From Selaginella moellendorffii (taxonomy: Eukaryota > Plantae > Lycopodiophyta), in the NCBI RefSeq assembly GCF_000143415.4, contig NW_003314280.1, positions 1,111,663 through 1,175,662 on the forward strand: a stretch of DNA of 64,000 nucleotides, read 5' to 3'. This document shows positions 1-9,685 of this stretch, piece after piece (positions within the stretch are counted from its first letter, which is position 1; every line of letters begins with the position of its first letter). The notes under the pieces are model-generated. The model was not told the origin of the DNA. It worked only from the letters and a program-made list of their open reading frames with translations, and did no database searches. The position numbers and the translations under genes were made by a program.

Positions 1-1299
1 TGTTGAAGTTTATTTTTTTTAAAAAGATTTTGATTCATATTTAACTTACTATTTTAAATAAAAAATAACTTATTTAATTTTTAACTAATTAATTTTCTTA
101 AAAGTTATACCCCAAAGAATTCCAAACCTATAAATTATTTTCTTTCTGTATAATAAATAAATATATTATATATAACTCAGTTGAGTCAAAAGATATATTA
201 TGTTTAGACTAAAGTGTGTTATGCTCAGTAAACGATTAAAAAGACTATCATATAGAGTTCTTGAATTACAGAGTTGATTACACTAAAATTAATTACTAAT
301 AGATAGGGTAAAACATAAAACTAAAGTTTTAAATTAATTTATATTTATGTAATAAGTATATGGTATTACTATATTACATATATAAAAAATATATTAAATT
401 ATACCTTACAATAAAAAATCACCTTTAAATTAAAAACATTACTTACCTAGGTCAACAATATTTTTTAATAATCATTTGCCCACACAAAATAAATGTTCAA
501 ATTTAATTTAATTTATACCTGTAATTAAATAAAAAATCTTACATTTTACTTTCATCTATTTTTATTAGAAAAAGAAATCTTAAAACTAAAGTTTTTAATT
601 AAAAAAATTTGTCACCAAATCTTCAAAATTTGTTTATAAATTGAAGGAAAGTGGCCCAAGAAAAAGTTCAGTATGTGGAAATAAAAACCTAACCATAAAT
701 CATTAAAAAATAAACATCTTTATAAAGTCAATAATGACTTAAAAGCTGACATGATTAAGGTCCTCAAATGTTAACTCCAAAGATCACTTTCCAAGAATTA
801 CATTTCCTTGATATCCACTTCTTCAAAGGCCCTTCCTTTGAATAAACCAGCTACCTTGACTTGTCCACCAGAACCCCTTTGACGCTTACCAATAAGAAAG
901 ACTATCAAAATTATTCAGAAAGAAAACAAAAGAGAGAAAAAATGAACCTCCTAAACTCCTCTTTCCAAACGAAAAGGGAATGGTTCAAGCCCGCCTCTAA
1001 TCCTTTCAGAAATGCTTGGGGCTAGCTCCAATCCGAAATCACCTCCATCGCCGTCTTCTTTGTGGGAAGAAGTCGAGACCACCGAGGAGATGGCGCTGGA
1101 ATCACTGTCGCGGATCAGAGAGCGGCAGCATTCTGGATCCAGCGAACGGAAGAAAAGAGTGGAGACGGCCACAACATCCAGACTCACTTGATCATTTAGA
1201 AACCAGGCAAGAAGCCCGCCATGAAGGAGAAGCGTGTCCAGAGCCGAGCAGACCAGTGAATGAGATGGAAAAATCTATCTTTCCAGAAAGCTCTTCCAC

Positions 1300-3084
1300 T
1301 CACAATCCCACCCTTGGTGGCCTGGACGATCGACAATACGCGTTCGCGACGAGAGCCAATGCTGCTCCATGGTCCGCGGGGAAAAATCTTTGTGCTTGCA
1401 AGTCCGTGATCTCGCGCCGGTTCTTACACGCAGCGAGCAAGCACAGCCACTCCACCGAGCTTGGAACGAATGGCATGGCATGGAGGAGATCTTGGGCCTG
1501 TCGCAAATGCCCGGCTCGTGCGAGCACATCGGCCAGGCAGCAGTAATGCTGCTTTGTAGCCTCAATCCCATAGTCGGCGATGGAGGACGCGAAGAACCGC
1601 ATGGCCGATTGGAGCTCTCCCAAGCGGCTACACGCGATGAGCGCGAGCGTGAAGCACACTTGATCAGGGTGGTCCACAAGCTTGAGCTCGCCAAACGTGT
1701 CGACGATCTCGATGGACTGGCAAGAGTTTTGGGTGTGAGCAGCGAGCAGGGAGCTCCAAGACACGACATTTCTCTCGGGCATGGTGGCGAACACTCGCTT
1801 GGCAGCGGCGATATGCCCGATCCGGGCATACGCCCCCAGCAACGTGTTCCAAGAGACAAGATCTTTCTCGGGCATCTCCACGAATATTGCTAGAGCCTCG
1901 CCGAGTTTTCCTCCAGAATCGACATTGCCATATGCGCCCAGCATTGCATTCCACGCAACAAGGTCTCTCTCCGGCATCACATCGAACAGGAGCTTGGATT
2001 GCTCTAGGTCGCGGCAATTCTCGGCGTGGGCGACTAGTATCGCTGTCCAGGCGATGAGATCCCGCTGCGGCATTGAGTCAAACACCGCCCTCGCGCTGGA
2101 GATATCGCCACTTCGAGCATACGCCGCCACCATCGAACTCCAGCAGATCAAATCCCTCTCGGGCATAGAATCAAACACAAGCTTTGCTTCTTCCACCTCT
2201 CCCCTTTCCGCATGAGCAACTAGAAGAGAGTTCCAAGCAATAACGCTCAACACCGGCAAAGAATCAAACAGCTTTCGAGCGTCGTCAAGATGCCCCAAAC
2301 GAGCATATGCTGTCAGCATTGTGGTTACTGATACAAGGTTGATCTCTGGCATCTTTTTGAAAAGAAGTTCAGCCTCCACGAGCTTCGAATCTTGCAGAAA
2401 AGCATCTAACATCAGCGTCCAAGTTACAATGTTCCTTTCGGGCATCTTGGCAAACACTTGTGTAGCCTCGTACATATGCCCAGATTGGGCATATGCTGAA
2501 AGCATGGCATTCCACGCCACAAGATCCCTCTCTGGCATCATATGAAAAACCAGTTTTGCGGATTCCGGCCTATGCGATAGGCAATCCAGCATCGCCGTCC
2601 AGGACACAACGTTGCGTTCCGGCATGGCATAAAAAATCCCTCTTGTTTCTTGTAAATCTCTAGTTTGGGCAAATGCTGCCAGGATGGCGTTCCAGGAAAC
2701 AAGATCCCACTGCGGCATCTGATCAAACAGGGCCTTGGCTTCTTCCGTTCGCCCCTTGCTGCCATACGCAACGATCAGCGCTGTCCAGAGGATGATGTTC
2801 TTCTGGCCTGGCATTTGATCCAGGAGCTCTCTCGCGTCTTCCACCTCGCCGTTGCCCGTGCACGCCAGGAACATAGATGTCCAGGAGAAATCGTTTTTGC
2901 GGTCGCGCATCTCGTCGAAGATCTCCCTCGCGTGCTTCACGCTGCCGCAATTGCCATACATCTCGATGAGCCGGTTCGAGAGGAAGACATCGCCGGCGTG
3001 CACTCTCATGGAGGAATGGATCTTGATCGCCTGGGACAGGGCAGTGGTGCCCCGCATTTGCGCAAGACAGCGCTCTCGTTCCAT
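1300..3084 (-). CDS. PLS-class pentatricopeptide repeat protein (tandem ~31-aa SS-type motifs, ending in an E-type tail, no DYW)
   Basis: Intronless ORF with ~13 repeats of the form MPERNVVSWTAML, then DQVCFTLAL, KQHYCCLADVLARAG and SSVEWLCLLAAC. The first ATG is at 3084; the ORF-track start at 3138 is TTG. Confidence 0.93.
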   Translation of the reverse strand: MERERCLAQMRGTTALSQAIKIHSSMRVHAGDVFLSNRLIEMYGNCGSVKHAREIFDEMRDRKNDFSWTSMFLACTGNGEVEDARELLDQMPGQKNIILWTALIVAYGSKGRTEEAKALFDQMPQWDLVSWNAILAAFAQTRDLQETRGIFYAMPERNVVSWTAMLDCLSHRPESAKLVFHMMPERDLVAWNAMLSAYAQSGHMYEATQVFAKMPERNIVTWTLMLDAFLQDSKLVEAELLFKKMPEINLVSVTTMLTAYARLGHLDDARKLFDSLPVLSVIAWNSLLVAHAERGEVEEAKLVFDSMPERDLICWSSMVAAYARSGDISSARAVFDSMPQRDLIAWTAILVAHAENCRDLEQSKLLFDVMPERDLVAWNAMLGAYGNVDSGGKLGEALAIFVEMPEKDLVSWNTLLGAYARIGHIAAAKRVFATMPERNVVSWSSLLAAHTQNSCQSIEIVDTFGELKLVDHPDQVCFTLALIACSRLGELQSAMRFFASSIADYGIEATKQHYCCLADVLARAGHLRQAQDLLHAMPFVPSSVEWLCLLAACKNRREITDLQAQRFFPADHGAALALVANAYCRSSRPPRVGL

Positions 3085-4398
3085 CCATTCTTCTTTCTTT
3101 CTTGCCAAGGAAGAGCTATTCCTCTTAGGGTTTGTCAAGTCCTTCGTTCTTTAAGATCGAGGCGGCAGGGGATATCACAGCCACAGCACTTCGGGCTTTG
3201 AGGCGTGCCCAAATGCCGCGAGCATCCAATACCTAGTTAGTAATTATATTTTGTTATAACAAAAAAACCTAAGTAATTATAGAAAGCTCCAGATTATTTG
3301 ACTTCAGACGCTTTGTTTTTTGACCAAATTCGTTAGAAAATGAAAATGCACCGTGCATCATCCGCACCTATATACTCACAAAATAAGATTCTCAAAAAAG
3401 CATTAAGAACTTTAGGGCTCTGCATTTGCAATTTATCAGTGAGATCAAGTTTTGACCACTATCGTTTTGCCTCAAGAAGAGCTGGCAATGCGGCAGGTGT
3501 ACCATCTCTTTTGGTTACTTCCAAGGCCTCCATCAACATATGAGCAACAAATGTGATTTATTTCTATGTTACACTCTTTTGACAGAAAGCAAAGCTTTGT
3601 ATTGGGCAAAACAACTTTAAGATGCCCATACATTGTCAACATTTTGAACACTTTAAAACTATGCAGGAATGAGTTTTCTTTTATCCTAATTTGAGATTCA
3701 TGACCAGGCCACCTTTCTTGGGTTTTGTTATTTGCCAAGGAGAAAGTACATGTAAGTATCAAGAAAATGTTGGACAAGGGTATTATCTAAAAGATGTGGC
3801 TTTAAATGTGTGAATTTCATCTTATTATGAAGCCTAATGGGAATGTTTGCTTCAACAGTAATTATCACCCATTAAACGAAGTGATTATCCCTAATGTATA
3901 TCTCTTTTGGAGTCATTAGTTTATCATAAGCCATGATTTATTCTCGTGATTGTCAAGCAAAATATGCCATCTTGTCTTGTTTCTTTCTCCTTTTTTATTT
4001 TGTTTTCTTTTTTGCAAGTGAGCTCTTCCTATGTTTGGTTACACCATACTCAAGCGACCTAAGTTCAAATTGCGGTAAATGCTAGTTGTTCAAGTTCTCA
4101 TCGTTCGCCCAGCTTCTACTTCGCTCTTGCGAAATCAAAAGAGCCACTGAAACACGAAACCCGAGAAGAATCTTTATAATTAATTCTTTCAACTATCAAC
4201 TTATCCAACTCAAGAACTCAAAAAGATGAAACCTCACTACGGGATAGATTTTGCTACTCGCACGCTTTTTCTCCCTCCGAGCTCACAAAGTCTTGCACTC
4301 CTGGATTAGCCAAGGTTCTCAACAACTTATTCGCCAATATTACCAGGGTTTTGGTTAGGGCTTAAACATCACGATTGCGCTAGGGCAGGAGCTTCACG

Positions 4399-5461
4399 AT
4401 GGCGGCGGTGGATTTCGTCGCCTGGCTGCGGGGCCGCGCCGGCCGCTTCGATAACACGCTCTCGGCTTTCCGAAGGGATCTGGTAACGAAAGCAGTGGGA
4501 AATTGTTTTCTTTGCATTGAAGGTGAATCGCCTGTCTAGGAGGAAGGCGACTTGGATGACGAGCTGAAAGCCGCGCTGCATCTGATAGCCCGGGAAAGGT
4601 ATGCTCTTGTGTACGTCAAGGATTTCTTTCCCCTTCGTTTCTTGCAGAGAGCCGGAGCCGGAGAGCGAGAAGGATGGTGGAGAGAAGGGGAGTGGCGGCG
4701 AGGAGAAGATCAGTGGCGAGGAGGCGACCAACAACGGCGACGCCACCGCCAGTGCCGCCGTCGCCGCTGCCAGTGCCGGTGGCAAGAAGAGCAAGAGGAA
4801 GAACAGGCACAAGAAGGAGACGCTGTCGACGGCGGCGGTGGTGGAGTCGAAGGTGAACAAGAACAATCAGAAGGAGACGGTGTCGACGGTGGTGGTGGAG
4901 TCGAAGACGAAGACGGTGACTTCCTCAGTGCTTCCAGAGGAGGAGGCCGCTGCCGCTGCCGCCGCCCCTGCTTCAAGGAGGAAGAAAAACAAGAAGAACA
5001 AGAACACAAATACAGGGGACGAGAACAAGGATGCCGCGATGGAAGTTGACGCAACTCCTCCTCCGCCTCCTCCACCTCCCGCGGTGGCTGTTCCTGCCAC
5101 TCCCGCCGCTGCCGTCGCTGTTCCGGAGGGGGATCTCGCCACCAAGGCCAAGAAGAGAAAGAAGAAAAGCAAGGTGGTGGCGGCGAGCGAGGATGGAGGC
5201 GCAGCGCAGGGCCAGGGCGATGGCGATGGCGAGGCCGGAAGCTCCAAGAAGGTCGAGGAACCCAAGGGCGAAGATGTAGGCGCGGCGCAGGGCTATGGCG
5301 ATGGCGATGGCGAGGGCGAGGCCGAGAGCTCCATGAAGGCCGAGGAGGCTGGAAGCTCCAAGAAGCGACCGAAGCTCAAGGAGGAGGAAGCCGCTGGAGC
5401 CGCTGGAGATGCCGCCGCTACCTCCGCGAAGAAGAGGAAGAAGAAGAGCAAGGGCGAGTGA
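4399..5461 (+). CDS. Lys/Glu/Ala-rich low-complexity protein with an N-terminal LisH-like segment (nucleolar-protein-like), 3 exons
   Basis: ATG 4399. Exons 4399-4482, 4540-4598 and 4648-5461 join in frame through GT-AG introns. N-terminus VDFVAWLRGRAGRFDNTLSAFRRDL resembles LisH; several KKRKKKSK basic clusters follow. Confidence 0.65.
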
Positions 5462-5602
5462 TGATCGATAGAGTGATCGAATAGCTATAGAGCGATCGAG
5501 CGGGAACGTTTTGCGGGAATAAGATCTGTAGGAATCGGCCAGAGCGACAAGCATCTATATTCAAAAAAGTGAATATCCTGTGCGTAGAATATCCCAAGAA
5601 TA

Positions 5603-6556
5603 TTAGGGCTCTTGAGCAACTCTCATGACGAGGGCCGTGAGGAGCTCCTCCCTCTTCTGCGACCTCAGCTCGTCCTGCGCCCGCCTCACCTCCTCGCGCT
5701 CCCACCACTCGTGCTCGCGCGCCCTCCTCTCCGCCTCGAGCCGCTCCATCCTCTGCCGCCACTCCGCCTCGCGATCCCGGCGCTCGCGATCGCGCCGCTC
5801 GAACACCTCCCGCCACTGCTCCTCCATCCGCTGCTGCTGCTGGAAGAACTCCTCCAGCACCTCCTGCATGTTGTTGGCGCGGTACTTCTCCGCCGTCGCG
5901 CGCTGCCGCTCCTTGTCCGCCTTCCTCTTCTTCTTCTGGACGGCGCGATCGTCCTCTCCGCCGCTCGGATCCTCCTCCTCCTGCTCCTCCTCCTCGTCGC
6001 TGTTGTCGGGATCGTCGGATAGATGCGGTTGCTGCTGCTGCTGCTGCTTGGTCCGCTTCTTTGGCCGAATCAATCCATCCGACTCGAGCAAGAGCTTGGA
6101 GCCCGCGTTCTTGAGCCGGGCCTTGAAGATCGAGTCTAGCTCGTCGAAGAATGGGCACTGGCGGCCATTCTCTGGATCCGAGAGCTCCTTTCCCTAGAAA
6201 GATCACGACCCACCGACCGATCAGATCGAATCTCCAGCTATCCTAGCACTAACCTTGTAGCGATTGACGAGATTCTTCCACTTGCACTTGCACTGGTCGG
6301 CACTTCGCCGGTAGCCCCTATCCTTCATCTTGCCCGCGATGAGCTCCCAGAGTGTCTTGTTGCGCTTCGTCTGCGTGAAATCCTTCTCCAGCTCCGCGCG
6401 GATCGCAATTAGCTCCTTCGTCTCGTTGAATCCCCACTGCGGGATGCGATCATCCTTCTTCCCGCCCTTCCTGCCCCCTCCCGAGAGATTTTCCAGCGCG
6501 CTAGACCCCCCAACCAGCGATTGGAGCGGCATTGCCAGGAACATCTCGTCCGCCAT
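5603..6556 (-). CDS. Trihelix (GT-1/GT-3 clade) Myb/SANT-like transcription factor, 2 exons
   Basis: IPQWGFNETKELIAIR...KTLWELIAGKM...RSADQCKCKWKNLVNRYK|GKE...CPFFDELD, with an intron at 6194-6253 and a coiled-coil C-terminus. Confidence 0.92.
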
Positions 6557-6829
6557 AGCCACGAAGAACCCTAAAAAGAGAGAGAGAGACACCCTTCTCT
6601 TTACATCCGAGAAAGGTATATATTTTATTCCAAAAAGAATCCAGTCACAGGGGAGGAGCTCTTCGGAGAAATCACACAACACTACAAGCAGAAAAACAAG
6701 CCAAAAAATTCCTCGCTACATAGATCAGTCGATCGTCACAATCTTGCGGCCAGCGGCAGCGGCACCAAAATGTAGAGCGTAATCCAAGAAGAAGAAGTCC
6801 CACCGCCATAGCCGCCGTTAGAAAGATCT

Positions 6830-7021
6830 TCACATCCTCGCGAACAAGAAGGAGAGGGCGCTCATCCCTGCGATCACCGCCACCGCTGGAGCGAGCGCAA
6901 ACCCTGCCCCCTCTTCTGGAGGTGGAGCCGGGCTGAGGGCTTGGGCATGGGCGCAAGAAACCGCCGACGCCATCACCGCGGCCACGATCAGCGCCACCAC
7001 TTCGGCAAATCTGTGCGCCAT
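6830..7021 (-). CDS. GPI-anchored arabinogalactan peptide (AG peptide)
   Basis: 63 aa: signal peptide, short mature QALSPAPPP, hydrophobic C-terminal GPI signal. TATA-like element at ~7117-7127. Confidence 0.8.
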   Translation of the reverse strand: MAHRFAEVVALIVAAVMASAVSCAHAQALSPAPPPEEGAGFALAPAVAVIAGMSALSFLFARM

Positions 7022-7179
7022 CGCGATCGATCTAGCAGCTTTTGCGAGTGAGCAAGCGAAGCGACCAAGAAAGAAGCCTAGGAAACCTATGCCAACGAAA
7101 GCACGGGGGGGCCCTTTTATATATAAACCCAGGAGCGCTCTGTATGGCGGTTTGCGGGGTATATTCCGCCAAAAATTGG

Positions 7180-7450
7180 CCCCTCCACGTGTGGTGACAC
7201 GCTATCCACCACATCGGATTCCCGCGTACGCGTGCACGCCACGATAGTTCTTAGGGCAATGCTGGTAAAGCCGGCTCTTGCCACGTTGGTGGATCAGTGA
7301 CGTGTAAAGCACGACGGCTCCACGTCGGCAATAAAGGTTAGGCCGTTATAGATGCCGCGATTTGCGGCGAATGGACGGCCGCACGCGATGCGATCCTCTC
7401 CGTCCATTCGGGACAAACGTGGTTGGCCAAGCTTTCCACACTATAAATTC
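7180..7450. promoter_or_regulatory. Shared divergent promoter with multiple ACGT cores (G-box/ABRE-like) and a TATA box at ~7442
   Basis: CACGTG ~7186, CCACGTTG, TGACGTGT, CCACGTCG and AACGTGG lie between two divergent AG-peptide genes; CTATAAAT at 7441. Confidence 0.5.
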
Positions 7451-7573
7451 AAAGCTCTCACACTCATTCGCCCAGAACAGCATTCCACAATTCTTTCTTA
7501 CGATCGATCGATCCATCGCTGCTGGGGAATTAATTGATCTTCTGGGCGCGTTTGACGATCCCAGCCCCCGAAG

Positions 7574-7817
7574 ATGACCAAGTTCGCTCCAGCGACCCCA
7601 CTGCTTCTGCTGCCGCTGGCGATCATGGCCAGTTTGGTGATGAATTCGTGGGATCCTCGCTGCAAATGCTCTGGACGAGCCACTTGCCGAGGAGGATTCC
7701 ATCGCTCCCGCGCCGAGCTTCCCCCCTGCGCTGGAGACCGGTGGCGCCGCGAATTTTCCCGCAGTGCCAGCGCTGTTGATTGCCGCTTGCTTGGGGGTGT
7801 TCTTGGTTCTTCGCTAG
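7574..7817 (+). pseudogene. AG peptide gene with a 1-bp frameshift (pseudogene or sequence error)
   Basis: The signal peptide MTKFAPATPLLLLPLAIMASLVMNSW is in one frame. ILAANALDEPLAEEDSIAPAPSFPPALETGGAANFPAVPALLIAACLGVFLVLR* is in the +1 frame from 7653. The shift falls at GGG 7650-7652. Confidence 0.72.
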
Positions 7818-8079
7818 GTAGCATATAAATGAATGTGGATTGACAAGCAAGGAGTGTCCGTACGAGACATATTCCACGGGAATCGTTTGAAATGGCGACG
7901 CGAGCCCAAAGTTTCAAACCAATTTCTCCGCGTGAGTTGAAAATCCTTCGCTCGATTGGACTCGGATTCTGGAATTCGCGATCGATGCTTTCTCGCTACA
8001 AGTTCTTTCATTTATTGAGAGATTAATGTGAGCTAGATCGAAGTTTTACACCACAATCTCTATCTAGATCGCGCCTTCA

Positions 8080-8307
8080 TCACAGGATCAACGCGAAGAA
8101 TTCCATGAAGCTCGCGGCAAGCAGCGCTAGCAGCAGGGTCGTCGAGGGCGATGCTCCAGTTGCATCCGAGATCGTCATGGGAGCTCTGCCCGGCGCGTGG
8201 CCATGGTGAGGACCCGGGGCTGGAGCCGGCGTCGCCATCGCCACTCCCACCACTCCCACCACCAGCAGTAGCGCCGCGATTGCCACACGATTCGCCTTCA
8301 TCTTCAT
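8080..8307 (-). CDS. His-containing GPI-anchored AG peptide (AGP24-like)
   Basis: Signal peptide, TPAPAPGPHHGHAPGRAP, hydrophobic tail; TATA at ~8364-8371. Confidence 0.8.
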   Translation of the reverse strand: MKMKANRVAIAALLLVVGVVGVAMATPAPAPGPHHGHAPGRAPMTISDATGASPSTTLLLALLAASFMEFFALIL

Positions 8308-8380
8308 CCAAGCGAAACCAAGAAAACTCGAAGAGGAAGAAGAAGAAGAAGAAAGGTTTTGAGTTTTTATAGAAACCCAG

Positions 8381-8394
8381 GTGCCACGTGGCAC
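8381..8394. promoter_or_regulatory. Perfect 14-bp palindromic G-box GTGCCACGTGGCAC
   Basis: Read directly; lies between the second divergent AG-peptide pair, just upstream of a TATA box. Confidence 0.7.
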
Positions 8395-8647
8395 ACAAAT
8401 GGCAGTCCATGTGTCACCCCTGCCCTAAAAAAGGAATGAGTCAACTTGGGGATGCACGATCCATTCGCTCCCCATAGATAAAACCCCTGGACGGGCTCTC
8501 CTTTGTGTGCATTGACATTTTAGTTGGTTCTAGGTAGAGCGTCCCTCCGCTAGTTCTCGCTTCTCGCTTCTCGATCGATCGATCGATCAATCGCGCCTGG
8601 GAATTCCTCGAGGGACTTGTCGATCGATTCTTCTTCTTCCTCGCGCC

Positions 8648-8875
8648 ATGGCTGCTTCTTGGAGGATCAAGCTCGTGCTTTTCCAGCTCCTGTTGGCGAT
8701 GGCGATGGTCTTGGCTCACGAAGGCCACAACCACGGCCCGGCAATGGCACCGGGGCCGGGCATGCACCACCATGGTCCAGCTCCAGCCCCTAATTCTAGA
8801 GCCATCGCCAGCAGCACCACCACCGCCATGGGAGCTTTCGTGCTACTCCTTGTGGCCTTCCAGTTCCTGGTATAG
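8648..8875 (+). CDS. His-rich GPI-anchored AG peptide (AGP24-like)
   Basis: Signal peptide, mature HEGHNHGPAMAPGPGMHHHGPAPAP, C-terminal GPI signal. Confidence 0.85.
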   Translation: MAASWRIKLVLFQLLLAMAMVLAHEGHNHGPAMAPGPGMHHHGPAPAPNSRAIASSTTTAMGAFVLLLVAFQFLV

Positions 8876-9685
8876 ACAAGCTTGCGCTTGCAAGTACAAA
8901 TTAAATAAACATTTACATGGTTTTAATATATAGAAGATTTTATCAAAGGTCAAGAGTGTTTACATTTAATATCTAGGATTTTGTAAAAAGAAAGCCATGG
9001 TTTCTCTCGAATAAGCCATGGTTTCTCTCCTTTGACGTACTCTTTGATCCCAATTTCACGGATTCGTACGTGTTTTGACAGTTTGCATGTACTACATTTT
9101 GGTACAGCTTTTGTACTACTGAAGTGCATGATGCAGCTTGTAATGTATAGTATACAAAGAAAAAGAAAAAGGATTTTAAGAATAGTTATTCCCCATTAAA
9201 GGAATTAGTAAAGAATAAAAATATTGTTAAATAAAGCAGAAAATTAAAAAAAAAAAAAACGTTCCTGTTCTTTCTGCCCATCGCGTCGTGTTCTTCATAA
9301 CACTGCGCTGTGCGCGTTCGCTTCTTTTCTCCGTGTTTCTACAGCTAGAAACGAACTGGAGACGACAAAAGATGGATCGTATTCGCAGCAGCCAATTTGA
9401 CTCGATCCTGGAAGAACAAGCCCGAGCTGACTTTAGAAACAAAGCAAGAAAAAAGAGCGTACCTTGCAAAACAATTCGACTCAATTCTATAAACTCGAGA
9501 GAGAAAAAAGGAGTCTCCTTTGACTTACAAAATTCTTTTCCTGCGATGTTGGTACTTCTGTACATCGAGTGTCGATCGTTTTTCGACTGAAAAGGAGTGT
9601 TGCCTTGTTCGCTCCTTCGTAAATAATTGTGTGTATGCGTGTGCTGTATCTCTATACACAAAGCTTTCGCCTTTGCTTCCTTCTT

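Noticed and set aside
1-950. AT-rich tract with a faint transposase-like remnant at ~600-900
   Set aside because: Too degenerate, and no terminal repeats could be identified.
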